Below, one piece after another: positions 28,704 to 39,232 of a stretch of 64,000 nt of DNA. Both the position numbers and the translations under genes were made by a program. The notes below the pieces were generated by a model. It saw only the letters and a program-made list of their open reading frames with translations, was not told the DNA's origin and ran no database searches. Numbering within the stretch: the first letter of the stretch is position 1; each line of letters begins with the position of its first letter. The DNA is from Fibrobacteria bacterium (GTDB lineage Bacteria > Fibrobacterota > Fibrobacteria > UBA11236 > JADFYW01). The DNA lies in assembly GCA_050294405.1 (NCBI GenBank), contig JBNKOC010000030.1, positions 44,397-108,396 on the forward strand, in the 5' to 3' direction.

Positions 28704-30050
28704 TTATACTTTTATACTGGTATTTCTTTTCCAATTATCCCGGCTGGCTTTGAGTTGAAAATCGGCAAATTTTTGAGCTTCCAAGAGGCATTTTTCAGAT
28801 TTCAGCGCCTTTTTTTGCTTTTTTGGAGCTTTTTCCAGTTGGGGAAGTAGTCCAAAATTAAAATTCATAGGCTGGAACTCAGGATTGGGAAAACTCAAAT
28901 GGCGGCAAAGGGAGGCCAGGCAGGAAAATTCCGGCCAATCGATTTTATCCCCATGTAAATGGGCCAATATATTCATGGCCCCATAAAAGCCAGTGGCAAT
29001 GGCCTCGGTATAGCCTTCCGCCCCTGTGATTTGTCCTGCAAAAAAGAGCTTTGTTCCGGGCATGTTAAGATAGGAGTTTAATTTTTCCGGGGAATTAATA
29101 AAAGTGTTGCGGTGCATGGCTCCCAAGCGGGCGTATTGGGCGTTGGCCAGGGCAGGTACTTTTGAAAAAATTTCTTTTTGGGTTCCCCATTTAAGGCGGG
29201 TTTGGCAGCCCACCAAATTGTATAGGGTTTTGTGTTCATTTTCTGCCCTAAGCTGAATCACAGCATGAGGCATTTCCCCGGTTTCCGGATGTTTTAAACC
29301 TATGGGGCGCATGGGTCCAAAACGAAGGGTTTCCACACCTCTGCGGGCCATTTCTTCCAGGGGTAAACATCCTTCAAAAAGCTGGCCTTTTTCAAAGGGC
29401 TTGGCTTCTACAGTATCCGCTTCTCTAAGAGCGTTTACAAAGTCTTCGTATTGTTCCTTATTAAGGGGGCAATTTATAAAATCAGGACTTTCTCCTTTTT
29501 CCCAGCGATTTTTTTCATAGGCGGCCTCCATGTTAATGGAATCCGCTTCTACCACAGGGGCTATGGAATCAAAAAAAGCCAGATGTTGGCTTCCCAATAA
29601 GTTGGACAGTTTTTTAGCCAGTGTTTCAGACGTAAGAGGACCTGTGGCCACCAATGTATATTGCTTGGGGTCTAATGAAGTGACTTCCTCCCGCAAAAAT
29701 TCAATATTTGGCTCTGCCTTTATGGCTCCATCTACCAACATACTGAATTTTTCCCTGTCTACCGTTAAGCTTTCTCCCGCCGCCACTCTGGCTTCATAAG
29801 CTAAAGGAATAAGAGCGCTATCATAAATTTCCAATTCTTTTTTTAACAGCCCATGAGCACTGGTAGTGCCTGTGCCTTTTAGGGAATTGGAACAAACCAG
29901 TTCTGCGGGCAGAGAAGTTTTATGGGCCGGCGTATTTAACCCAGGGCGCATTTCATAAAGCTTTACGGAAACTCCGGCCCTGGCTAATTGCAGGGCCGCT
30001 TCAGAACCGGCTAATCCGGCCCCAATGATATGTACTGTTTTATGTTCCAA
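28704..30050 (-). CDS. trmFO: Folate/FAD-dependent tRNA (m5U54) methyltransferase
   Basis: GAGLAGSEAA, AELVCSNS, ATGPLTS, FFDSIAP, GAMHRNTF, AGQITGAEGY, FQPMNFNFG. Confidence 0.95.
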   Translation of the reverse strand: MEHKTVHIIGAGLAGSEAALQLARAGVSVKLYEMRPGLNTPAHKTSLPAELVCSNSLKGTGTTSAHGLLKKELEIYDSALIPLAYEARVAAGESLTVDREKFSMLVDGAIKAEPNIEFLREEVTSLDPKQYTLVATGPLTSETLAKKLSNLLGSQHLAFFDSIAPVVEADSINMEAAYEKNRWEKGESPDFINCPLNKEQYEDFVNALREADTVEAKPFEKGQLFEGCLPLEEMARRGVETLRFGPMRPIGLKHPETGEMPHAVIQLRAENEHKTLYNLVGCQTRLKWGTQKEIFSKVPALANAQYARLGAMHRNTFINSPEKLNSYLNMPGTKLFFAGQITGAEGYTEAIATGFYGAMNILAHLHGDKIDWPEFSCLASLCRHLSFPNPEFQPMNFNFGLLPQLEKAPKKQKKALKSEKCLLEAQKFADFQLKASRDNWKRNTSIKV

Positions 30051-31661
30051 TTAGTGTCTGAAATGGCGGGTGCCCGTAAACACCATGGCGATGCCATATT
30101 TATCACAAGTTTCTATCACCCCAGGGTCCCCTTTGGAACCACCTGGCTGAACAATATATTTAATGCCCGCTTCATTGGCGGCTTCCACGTTATCGTCAAA
30201 GGGAAAAAAGGCATCGGAAGCTAAAACCAGGTTGGCAAATACTTCCCGGGTAAATTCTTCGGGATTCTTTCCCAAGGCTTCAGCCATACGACGGGCGTTA
30301 TCGCGAACTCGGGGTTGGCACAATCGCAAGTTGGAATCAATGCGGTTGGGCTGGCCGGGCCCCATACCCATTAACATGTACTGGCCGGGCTCATATTCAT
30401 AGCCCATAACAATAGCATTGGATTTGGTATGTTTGCAGGCTTTCCAGGTAAATTTAGCCAGGTCGTATTTTTCTTCGGGAAAAGGGGCTTTGGTAGCGGG
30501 CTCCCATTTTTCGTGAAGAAGATTGTCTCTATCCTGCACTAACATGCCGCCAATAATATGTTTGTAAACTTTGCGGTCTTGCGCTTTATGATTTTCGCCA
30601 ATTTCCAATAGCCTAATGTCTTTGCTTTTCTTTTGCAAAAACTCCAAAGCATCCGGATCAAAACCGGGGGCTAATAAAATTTCCACGAAGCGGCCTTTTA
30701 ATAGTTGAGCAGTGGCTAAATCCACTTTTCGGGTAACGGCTATCACCGAGCCAAAGGCCGAAACGGGGTCTCCTTCCCAGGCCAGTTCAAAGGCTTTATT
30801 GAGGCTGTTACCGGTAGCATAGCCACAAGGGTTCGTGTGTTTTATAATGGCTACTGCGGGCTTATCCCAGAGTTCTTTAACAGCTTCAAGAGCGGCATCG
30901 GCATCTACTAAATTATTGTAGCTAAGCTCTTTGCCGTGTAATTGTTTGGCTGTGGCAAGGCTTTCTTCCTGATCCGACTTTTTGGACTCGTAATAAAATT
31001 CCGCAGATTGATGGCTGTTTTCTCCGTAGCGCAATTTTTTGCCTGAATCAAAATGCAAATGAAGGTTGGGCTCTTCAGCAAATTTACCGGATAAATATTC
31101 GTCAATGGCTCCATCGTATTTGGCGGTGTGGTTAAAAGTTTTTACAGCCAACTTGCGGCGTAGCTCCAGAGACGTTTCACCTTTATCGGAAATTTCATCC
31201 AGAACCAAATTGTAATCGGCAGGGTCGGTAACCACTGTTACAAAGGCGTGGTTTTTGGCAGAGGCCCGCAACATAGTGGGTCCTCCAATATCTATGTTTT
31301 CAATGGCGTCTTCCAGGCTAACATCGGGCTTGGCAATGGTTTCCTGAAAAGGATAGAGGTTAACTACCACAATGTCGATGAGTTCCATTTCCAGGGCGGA
31401 AATTTGTTTTATATCTTCATCCAGATTGCGGCGGGCCAAAATTCCACCGTAAATTTTAGGGTGCAGGGTTTTTACTCTGCCATCTAATATCTCGGGAGAA
31501 GAGGTATAGTCGGAAATGGACAGGGCTTTGACGTCTCCCTCATTGAGATGTTTAAGGGTTCCACCCGTACTTAAAATGCTATATCCAAAGCTTTCCAGGG
31601 ACTTTGCGAAATCCAGCACTCCCTCTTTATTACTAACACTAATTAAGGCGTATTTACTCAC
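30051..31661 (-). CDS. purH: Bifunctional AICAR transformylase/IMP cyclohydrolase
   Basis: STGGT, GRVKTLHP, IDIGGP, LRYGEN, KHTNPCG, SDAFFPF, TGTRHFRH. Confidence 0.96.
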   Translation of the reverse strand: MSKYALISVSNKEGVLDFAKSLESFGYSILSTGGTLKHLNEGDVKALSISDYTSSPEILDGRVKTLHPKIYGGILARRNLDEDIKQISALEMELIDIVVVNLYPFQETIAKPDVSLEDAIENIDIGGPTMLRASAKNHAFVTVVTDPADYNLVLDEISDKGETSLELRRKLAVKTFNHTAKYDGAIDEYLSGKFAEEPNLHLHFDSGKKLRYGENSHQSAEFYYESKKSDQEESLATAKQLHGKELSYNNLVDADAALEAVKELWDKPAVAIIKHTNPCGYATGNSLNKAFELAWEGDPVSAFGSVIAVTRKVDLATAQLLKGRFVEILLAPGFDPDALEFLQKKSKDIRLLEIGENHKAQDRKVYKHIIGGMLVQDRDNLLHEKWEPATKAPFPEEKYDLAKFTWKACKHTKSNAIVMGYEYEPGQYMLMGMGPGQPNRIDSNLRLCQPRVRDNARRMAEALGKNPEEFTREVFANLVLASDAFFPFDDNVEAANEAGIKYIVQPGGSKGDPGVIETCDKYGIAMVFTGTRHFRH

Positions 31662-32542
31662 TTGAAATCCTCACCAGTCAACAGTTTGTAGGCCTCTTTG
31701 TATTTGGCCACGGTTTTTTCCACAATTAAATCAGGAAGTTCGGGCCCCGGATATGTTTTGTCCCAATCCAGTCCGGATAAGTAATCTCGAACAAACTGCT
31801 TGTCAAAACTGGGTTGTTCTTTCCCTAATTCGTAGGCCGACTCGGGCCAGAAGCGGGAGGAGTCCGGGGTTAAAACTTCATCAATTAAAATAATCTCGCC
31901 ATCCACTTCTCCGAATTCGAATTTGGTATCGGCAATAATCACTCCTTTTTCGAAGGCGTAGCTACGGGCCTGGGAATATATGCTTAAGCAAAGGTCCCGC
32001 AATTTGTTGGCAACATCATCCCCAACCATTTCCACCATCTTTTCAAAAGTGATGTTTTCATCGTGGCCTGTATCCGCTTTTGCAGCCGGTGTAAACAATG
32101 GGGGATCCAGCTTGGAGCTTTTTGGCAAATCCGGAGGCAGCTTGTGGCCACATACGCTTCCGGTAGCTTGGTAATCTTTATATCCCGAACCCACTAAATA
32201 ACCTCTGGCCACGCATTCCACATCAAAACGTTTGGCTTTTTTTACTAACATGGAACGGCCCTGCAAATAGTCTTTGTATTTGTGAAGTTCGCTGGGGTAA
32301 TCTTCCAGCTTATCGCTGATAAAATGACTGGGGCATTTTAATTGTTTGAACCAGAACACAGAAAGCTGGTTTAGTATGGCCCCTTTGTTTGGAATAAAGC
32401 TCGGCAAGACCACATCGTAGGCGCTAATTCTATCTGAGGCCACCATTAACAATTTGTCCCCTAAATCGTACATCTCCCGGACCTTGCCTTTGGAGAATAA
32501 GGGAAACTCAGTAATTTCAGGGATTTGTTGCCTTGCAGTCAT
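31658..32542 (-). CDS. purC: SAICAR synthase
   Basis: GKVREMY, SDRISAYD, ECVARGY, ADTKFEFG, DEVLTPDSSRFW, DKQFVR. Confidence 0.96.
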   Translation of the reverse strand: MTARQQIPEITEFPLFSKGKVREMYDLGDKLLMVASDRISAYDVVLPSFIPNKGAILNQLSVFWFKQLKCPSHFISDKLEDYPSELHKYKDYLQGRSMLVKKAKRFDVECVARGYLVGSGYKDYQATGSVCGHKLPPDLPKSSKLDPPLFTPAAKADTGHDENITFEKMVEMVGDDVANKLRDLCLSIYSQARSYAFEKGVIIADTKFEFGEVDGEIILIDEVLTPDSSRFWPESAYELGKEQPSFDKQFVRDYLSGLDWDKTYPGPELPDLIVEKTVAKYKEAYKLLTGEDFK

Positions 32543-32564
32543 TGTGTAAATTCCAGGTTGTTAT

Positions 32565-32596
32565 AAAAATCAGAGGCCACCGCTTTGGCCATCTGT
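32565..32596 (-). terminator. Hairpin with U-tract upstream of purC
   Basis: Minus strand cagatggcca-aagcgg-tggcctctg-attttt. Confidence 0.4.
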
Positions 32597-32703
32597 TTAA
32601 GCAAGCCCCAATTTAAAAAAATTGCCTTGGGAACCGCATTCAAAAGGAAAAAAAATTAGAAGCTTTTAAATTAAGTCTCTAACCCGAGAAAAGCCTGAAA
32701 GCC

Positions 32704-33393
32704 TCAATCCATAAAATGAATGGGGCTGTTTCGTTCCATACCCAAGGCACTGCGTTCGTAAAAGTCGGCTTTTAACTGGACTTGTTCTTCCGGGCTCAGG
32801 CAAAATTTTTCCCGCCCGTTTTTTTCCAGCCAAAGAGTTAAATAAGACATTAAAACGCCTGCACATACGGAAACATTCATGCTCTCGGTAAGCCCGAACT
32901 GGGGAATTTTAAAGTGTACATCGGCTTTGGCCAGGCTGTCCGGGTGGTTTCCTTCCGTTTCGGAGCCCAAATAAAAGGCTGTTTTTTGACTGAAATCCAG
33001 ATTAAAAAGGGAATTATCGGTATTGGTGGAGGCCACGGCAATTTGGTATCCCTGGCTTTTTAGCGATTTAAAACAGTTTTCCCTTTTTTTATAACGGTAC
33101 ATATCCAGCCATTTGAAGCTGCCCTTTAAAATGGTTTTTACGGTGGAATAGGAGTTGATTTCTTCAATAACATGCACATTTTGCAATCCGAAAACTTCGC
33201 AAGTTCGGATAACAGCGCTTATGTTGTGGGGATCTTTTAAATCTTCTAAAACCATAGTGAAATGTTTGGTTCTGTGAGAGACCGTTTTATCGAACTTTTC
33301 CCGGCGTTCGGGGGTTAGTTTATATGCAAACTGCTCAATAAATTCTTCTGCGCTTTTGCCCAGAAACTTGGATTGACCCATAATATTTTCCAT
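32704..33393 (-). CDS. TrmH/SpoU family RNA methyltransferase
   Basis: DPHNISAVIRTC, LGSETEG, IPQFGLTESMNVSV. Confidence 0.88.
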   Translation of the reverse strand: MENIMGQSKFLGKSAEEFIEQFAYKLTPERREKFDKTVSHRTKHFTMVLEDLKDPHNISAVIRTCEVFGLQNVHVIEEINSYSTVKTILKGSFKWLDMYRYKKRENCFKSLKSQGYQIAVASTNTDNSLFNLDFSQKTAFYLGSETEGNHPDSLAKADVHFKIPQFGLTESMNVSVCAGVLMSYLTLWLEKNGREKFCLSPEEQVQLKADFYERSALGMERNSPIHFMD

Positions 33394-33425
33394 GGGGCCA
33401 ATCTATTAAAATACAGGGAGTATGC

Positions 33426-34250
33426 CTAATTGGGCCGAAGCTCCATTAAGGCTTTGAGTTTTTCTTTTTCGAGGTCGGTCCATTTGTGTTTACTGAGGAT
33501 ATCCTCTAAATTGGTTTTGTTGAGTTCTTCAGCCGAATGGACGATGTGTTCAAATACTTCCAGGATTTTATTGCGCACCACTTTTTTAAACAGGCCCATG
33601 TTCATTATGGCATTTATGACTGCGCCTCCGGGGAATACCAATACTTTAAGGTCATATTTAATGGGGCCGCCTTCGGTTACTTCGTATTTATAGTCAAACA
33701 ATACATCGCCCTTTAATTTCCAGGTTAAAATGGAAACCACACCAAAACCGAAATAACTCAAATGTTTGATATCCACTCCACCGGCAATTAAGTAGGCCTC
33801 TCCAGTGAGATTCGAGCCGTTGGAACCTCTCCAATATTTTCTCTGATCTCCATCCAGGTATTCGGCGCTGTATTTTGTTTTCTGGAATATGTTAACCACT
33901 TTGGCGGCCAGAGGAATGTCATTTAACAAATACTCGAATTGGGCCACTGGAATGGGCAGGGCATCTTTTACTTTATATTCCACCCGGTATTTTTGTCCAA
34001 GGAAACCAAAAAGTTTTTGGCCCTGGTAATTTTTTATGGAGACTCCATTTTTGACCAGTACACGGGCTTCTTTGCAGCGTTCGTCATCGTAAACAATGTC
34101 TGGAATACCGGTTTTTAAAGAGTCCGGACATTCTTTTTCCGGTGGACCTAAATCGCATTTGGCCAAAAGGCTGCAATATTCATTTTGCAGCCGGAACCCA
34201 AAACTTAGGGAAACCAAAAAAATCAGAAGAAACAGGCCTAAGTGCTTCAT
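33426..34250 (-). CDS. Hypothetical exported protein
   Basis: 274-aa ORF with a signal peptide and a Cys-containing N-terminus. Confidence 0.6.
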   Translation of the reverse strand: MKHLGLFLLIFLVSLSFGFRLQNEYCSLLAKCDLGPPEKECPDSLKTGIPDIVYDDERCKEARVLVKNGVSIKNYQGQKLFGFLGQKYRVEYKVKDALPIPVAQFEYLLNDIPLAAKVVNIFQKTKYSAEYLDGDQRKYWRGSNGSNLTGEAYLIAGGVDIKHLSYFGFGVVSILTWKLKGDVLFDYKYEVTEGGPIKYDLKVLVFPGGAVINAIMNMGLFKKVVRNKILEVFEHIVHSAEELNKTNLEDILSKHKWTDLEKEKLKALMELRPN

Positions 34251-34270
34251 AGGCTTAGAATACCATTGTT

Positions 34271-35788
34271 TTACTGGTTTTTCAGCAAATCTTCTTCGCT
34301 AAGTTCAGTGAGCTTTCCAAATTTACTCAGGCTTTCTTCCTTTGGCCCGTTTTCAGGATTTAATATGCCTTTGGGCCCAACCACCACCACTCTGGCTTTT
34401 TCTTTTACAAAATATTTTTTAAAAGCTTCTAAAATCTCTTCTTTTGTAAGAGCGGCGATTATTTCCGGGTATTTCACAAAGTGATCCAAATCTCGTCCCC
34501 AAATTTCACTGCGTGCAAAAATGGAAGCGGTGGCTTTTGGGCTGTCGAACATGGAGGGCAGGCTTTGAATCAATGCGTCTTTAGCGCTGCCCAGTTCCTC
34601 GTCAGTGACACCGGAATCGGCCATCTTTTCCATTTCGCTAAAACACAAATCTATGGCTCTCACACCGGATTCCACTTTGGTTTGCAAGGCAAAGCCAACT
34701 GTTTCTTCCCGGTCATAACTGCTGTTTACAAAACTGCGGACAGAATAGGCGAGCCCCTCATCAGTGCGCACTTTGGCTGTGAGGCGGGAAGTAAAGCCGC
34801 CACTGCCAAATATGTAGCTGGCAAGGCTTAGCTTGTAGTAGTCGGGATGAGGCCTTTTTACTCCGGGGAATCCCACTTTAATATTGGCTTGGGTTAAATC
34901 TTTATCCACCAGGTAAACTCCGGCTTCCGCAGGGCCTTTGAACCCAGGAATTGAATCTTGGGCATTGGGCTTGGGAAAGTCTTTTAGCAGCTTATTGAGT
35001 TCCACCGTCATGGAATCTTTATTGAAATAACCCGCCACAGATATAATGATTTTTTTAGAAGCAAACCCCCGTCCCACCCAGTTTTTGTAGAGCTTGGGTT
35101 TAATGGCATTAACATCATCCACTGTCCCTAAATAGTTGGAGGGGTGCCGTCCATAGAGACTCAACTCGTAGGCTCTCGACAAAATGGATTGGGGCCTGTC
35201 AAAACGATGTTCGATGGCTTCGATGTATTTTTTCTTTTGCAGTTTTAAAATTTCCGAATCAAAGCGGGGCTCCAAAGCGGCGGACTTCATAAGCGCCATT
35301 AAAGGTTGGGTATTTTCCTTAAGTGCGTTCAGTTCCAAATTGGCATATTGGTCGTTAATGGAAGCGTTAAGGCCCGCTGCAATAAATTCAAGGCTATCCT
35401 CCAATTGAGAAGGGGTTAAATCCTTTGTTCCACCCGCAGGAATCAGTTGGGAGTAGACATAAATTTCAGCGGCCTCCTTGGGGTCTTTAGGCAGGTTTGA
35501 ACCTGTAAAATAAAACTCCATGTGAATAAGGCCCAAACTAGTGTCGGGAACCATATATGCTATGTGGCCATTTTCCAATTCCACCCTGTAGTCTTTAGGG
35601 TGGGGAGGAATGTATTTAAAATCGGGATAGGCCAAATTTTTAAAATGGGGGACTATGTTGTTTTTGGATTTTGCAGCTTTAACAGCATCTGATTTTTTTT
35701 CAGGGGCAGCTGAACTAACCACCGGTCTGGGGTTAGGCACGCAAGCCTGTAATATTAAAAGGAAAGTTATGGTTAAAATCGTTTTCAT
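34271..35788 (-). CDS. M16 peptidase family, non-catalytic subunit (lipoprotein)
   Basis: Lipobox LQAC, GGFTSRL..VR..EGLAYSV; lacks HxxEH. Confidence 0.85.
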   Translation of the reverse strand: MKTILTITFLLILQACVPNPRPVVSSAAPEKKSDAVKAAKSKNNIVPHFKNLAYPDFKYIPPHPKDYRVELENGHIAYMVPDTSLGLIHMEFYFTGSNLPKDPKEAAEIYVYSQLIPAGGTKDLTPSQLEDSLEFIAAGLNASINDQYANLELNALKENTQPLMALMKSAALEPRFDSEILKLQKKKYIEAIEHRFDRPQSILSRAYELSLYGRHPSNYLGTVDDVNAIKPKLYKNWVGRGFASKKIIISVAGYFNKDSMTVELNKLLKDFPKPNAQDSIPGFKGPAEAGVYLVDKDLTQANIKVGFPGVKRPHPDYYKLSLASYIFGSGGFTSRLTAKVRTDEGLAYSVRSFVNSSYDREETVGFALQTKVESGVRAIDLCFSEMEKMADSGVTDEELGSAKDALIQSLPSMFDSPKATASIFARSEIWGRDLDHFVKYPEIIAALTKEEILEAFKKYFVKEKARVVVVGPKGILNPENGPKEESLSKFGKLTELSEEDLLKNQ

Positions 35789-37260
35789 TTTTCACCTCCC
35801 TCTTCAGGCAATACCAGGCCAACAGTAGACACTTTTTTTGAAAAGTATTTTTTGCATACATCGAGCACTTGTTCCGCAGTCACTTTACTAACATTTTCGG
35901 GAAAGGTGTTTACGTATTCCCAGGTTCCCCACATTTGGTAAAAGGCAAGTTCGGTGGCCAGGTTTTCCAGGTTTTCCAATTTTCTGAGACTGGTGGCTTT
36001 CACCTGGTTTTTAACCCTTTGCAATTCCCTTTCCGAGAGTGGATTTTTTTTCAGATCTTCTAATATTTCCCATACCGCAGCTTCCACTTTTTCATGTTGG
36101 GCTTCTCCTCCCAAGTCCACTCCTATGTGAAAGGTAGAGTGGTATTTATCCACGCCATTTCCCGCATAGGCCGAAGTGGCAATACCCATTTCGGTTACCA
36201 GCTTGCGGTACAAGCGTCCGCTTTTTCCGCTTAAGGCTCCCTCTACAATATCCAGCGCATACAAATCCTTATTGGGAATCCCTGGAGTCACAAACATCAA
36301 ATCATAACGGGGCTTGGCAGAATTTTTATGGACTGTGAGCCGTTTTTCACCCACAGGTTCGGGCTCCCGGGTCACCACCTTGGCAAAATCCTCACCCCGG
36401 GGAATATGCTCAAAATATTTGCGAATCATTTTCAGGGCGTTTTCAGGATCAAAATCGCCAGCTAATACTAATATGGCGTTATTGGGTTTGTAGTATTTGC
36501 GATAATGTTCTTCTGCTTGTTCCCGAGTGAGGTTGGCAATGTCAGATTCATAACCAATGGTGGGAAGTCCAAAGGGGTGGGCCTCGTAAAACATGCCGCT
36601 TAGGGTTTCCCAATACCGGCCCAGGGGGCTGTCTTCATAGCGCATGCGGCGTTCCTCCATGACCACATCCCGCTCTGGGTAAAACTCTCTTAATATGGCG
36701 TGTTCCATGCGGTCGGATTCCAGCCACATAAAAAGTTCCATTTTGTTTTTTGGCAGGGTTACAAAATAAGCCGTCATGAGATCGGAAGTAAAGGCGTTAA
36801 GGCCAGTGCCTCCTTCTTTTAAATAAGTGCCCCAGAGCTCATCTTTAATAAAAAATTTGCGATGTTCGTTAAGTACTGAATCGTAAGCCGCTTTTAGCTC
36901 TGCCAGTGTTTCGCTGTCCGTGGCGGGGTCTAATTTGGCTTCGGCACTTTTTAAGCTGTCTAATAGGGGAATGTATAGGGCATCCACAGTGCTGTCGGTA
37001 ATACCCACCTTTTTAGTGCCTTTAAATAACATATGCTCCAGCATGTGAGCGATACCCGTTCTTCCAGGTCCTTCGTGCACAGAGCCGGTGGTGTAAAATA
37101 AACGGCAGGCTACTGTGGGCGCTTGTTTGTTTACATACATTAAAACTTGCATGCCATTTTCAAATTGAACATGTTGCACCTTAATTTCGGCGTTAATGTT
37201 AAGGGGAAAAAGCATCCCCAGGGCCGATAATATCCCTATCCAATTTTTTATCATTTCCAA
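35785..37260 (-). CDS. M16 zinc peptidase, catalytic subunit
   Basis: GIAHMLEHMLFKGT, NAFTS, ERDVVMEERR, YYKPNNA. Confidence 0.9.
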   Translation of the reverse strand: MEMIKNWIGILSALGMLFPLNINAEIKVQHVQFENGMQVLMYVNKQAPTVACRLFYTTGSVHEGPGRTGIAHMLEHMLFKGTKKVGITDSTVDALYIPLLDSLKSAEAKLDPATDSETLAELKAAYDSVLNEHRKFFIKDELWGTYLKEGGTGLNAFTSDLMTAYFVTLPKNKMELFMWLESDRMEHAILREFYPERDVVMEERRMRYEDSPLGRYWETLSGMFYEAHPFGLPTIGYESDIANLTREQAEEHYRKYYKPNNAILVLAGDFDPENALKMIRKYFEHIPRGEDFAKVVTREPEPVGEKRLTVHKNSAKPRYDLMFVTPGIPNKDLYALDIVEGALSGKSGRLYRKLVTEMGIATSAYAGNGVDKYHSTFHIGVDLGGEAQHEKVEAAVWEILEDLKKNPLSERELQRVKNQVKATSLRKLENLENLATELAFYQMWGTWEYVNTFPENVSKVTAEQVLDVCKKYFSKKVSTVGLVLPEEGGEK

Positions 37261-37492
37261 TTTCCTATTGTGGTTATTCTTGGTTTTGCCAATAAAGTCC
37301 CATTAAATTAATAATTTCTTCCCACCAGCCCTAAAAGAGTCCATCATAAATGGCGTTAAAATCAGCCATTGAAATTTGCTTGTTTCTGATTGTTATCTCT
37401 CTCACTGACTCCCAAAACGACTCCAAGCCCGATTCATAATTTTGCCGCAAAGGCTTGGCCGGAGCTTTTGGGAGAGATAATTAAACAATGGA

Positions 37493-39154
37493 CTAGACAT
37501 TTTCAATGGTATAACTGTAGCCTTGCTCTGTTAAAAACAATTGCCTGTTCATAGCGAAATCCTGTTCCCGGGTTTCTCTGGATACCAGCGAGTAAAAATG
37601 GGCCTGTGAGCCATTGGACTTAGGCCTAAGTACCCTACCTAACCTTTGAGCTTCTTCCTGCCGACTGCCAAAGGTGCCGGAAATTTGAATCAATACATTG
37701 GCATCGGGCAAATCAATGGCAAAATTTCCCACTTTGCTTACAATTAAGGTGTTGATTTCTCCTGTGCGGAATTTTTGGTAATATTCCATTCGTACCGGGT
37801 TAGGGGTTTTACCCGTGATTAACGGTGCATCAATCCATCCGGCCATTTGATCCAGTTGTTCCAGATATTGCCCTATAATTAGCACCCGGTCTTTTCGGTG
37901 CTCTTCCAATAGCTTTTTCACCATTTTAATTTTGTCGGGATTGCAGGCGGCCACCACAATTTTTTTGCGCATTTCCGCCGTGGCATATTTGATTTTTTCG
38001 CTCATGGGAAGGGGGATGCGGTACTCCATACAATGGGCAGTAGCTATCCAACCTTGTTTTTCCAACACCTTCCAGGGCACATCGTATTTTTTGGGGCCGA
38101 TTAGGGAAAATACATCTGTCTCTTTACCATCTTCCCTTACCAAAGTTGCCGTAAGGCCTAAGCGGCGGGTGGCCTGCATGTCCGCGGACAGTCTGAATAG
38201 GGGGGCTGGCAATAAATGCACTTCGTCATAAACAATAAGTCCCCATTTATTTTGGTGGAAAATGTCAAAGTGCAAAAACTTGTCTGTTTTCTTTTTTCGG
38301 TAGGTGAGAATCTGATAAGTAGCCACAGTAACCGGACGCAAAGCCTTGTTGGCCCCGGTATACTCTCCCACCTGCTCTTCTTTTAAAGTGGTTTTGTCGA
38401 GAATTTCCCTTATCCACTGGCGGGTGGCCACCACATTGGTGGTTAAAATTAATGTTTCTGTTTGGCAGCGGGCCATGGCCGCCATTCCCACTATGGTTTT
38501 TCCAGCGCCGCAGGGAAGAACCACCACGCCAGAACCTCCTTTTTCAGACCCTCCGGCATAAAAAATCTGGGAGGCTTCTTGCTGATAGTCCCGAAGTCCA
38601 AAATCTTTTCCGTCGCCGGTTTTTTCTTTAAAGGAGATCTCCAAGGGGGCACCAGTTTGATACCCGGCCAGATCTTCCGCAGGAAAACCAATTTTTATAA
38701 GTTCCATTTTTAAAAGGCCCCGGCTCATGGGAAGTAGGGCAGCCTTGGTGGGGCTTTTGGGCTCAGCCAGATAAGGTTGTATTAATTTACTGCTGCTAAT
38801 TTCTTTTAAAAGAATGGCCGAATCGGTTTCCAGTACAATATCGCTTCCCTCGCGGATAAGGCGGATTTTGCCATAGCGCTCCATTAGGTTTTGAATTTCG
38901 CTCAGCACGTTTCCGGGCACCGGATAGCGGCAAAAATCCTGCAGAGTCTGCTGGAATTCTTTTGCGTTGTGTCCTGCAGAGGCGGCATTCCAAAGAGATA
39001 TAGGGGTTATGGAATAGGTATGTATATGTTCGGGACTTTTAACAAGTTCCGTAAAGGGGGCTATTTTATCTCTGGCTTCGGGATAATTGGGGTGATCCAC
39101 CTCCACTAAAATGCTCATATCACCTTGAACAATGAGCGGGCCTTTTGCTTCCAC
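37493..39154 (-). CDS. XPB/Ssl2(Rad25)-like DNA repair helicase
   Basis: ELVKSPEHIHTY, LPCGAGKT, DEVH, GLTAT, GSRQEEAQRLGR, RQLFLTEQGY. Confidence 0.9.
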   Translation of the reverse strand: MEAKGPLIVQGDMSILVEVDHPNYPEARDKIAPFTELVKSPEHIHTYSITPISLWNAASAGHNAKEFQQTLQDFCRYPVPGNVLSEIQNLMERYGKIRLIREGSDIVLETDSAILLKEISSSKLIQPYLAEPKSPTKAALLPMSRGLLKMELIKIGFPAEDLAGYQTGAPLEISFKEKTGDGKDFGLRDYQQEASQIFYAGGSEKGGSGVVVLPCGAGKTIVGMAAMARCQTETLILTTNVVATRQWIREILDKTTLKEEQVGEYTGANKALRPVTVATYQILTYRKKKTDKFLHFDIFHQNKWGLIVYDEVHLLPAPLFRLSADMQATRRLGLTATLVREDGKETDVFSLIGPKKYDVPWKVLEKQGWIATAHCMEYRIPLPMSEKIKYATAEMRKKIVVAACNPDKIKMVKKLLEEHRKDRVLIIGQYLEQLDQMAGWIDAPLITGKTPNPVRMEYYQKFRTGEINTLIVSKVGNFAIDLPDANVLIQISGTFGSRQEEAQRLGRVLRPKSNGSQAHFYSLVSRETREQDFAMNRQLFLTEQGYSYTIENV

Positions 39155-39232
39155 AGATTTTCTCCAAAAAGGTTAAAAGGTAAAAAGTTTGCGCAGACTT
39201 CCCAGCGCAGCTATGGCGAACTTATTTTGGAC

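Noticed and set aside
32543..32703. ZTP (pfl) or purine riboswitch upstream of purC-purH
   Set aside because: The conserved aptamer words (e.g. GACUGGCG, CGCCUGGGC) are not present; only one hairpin is seen.
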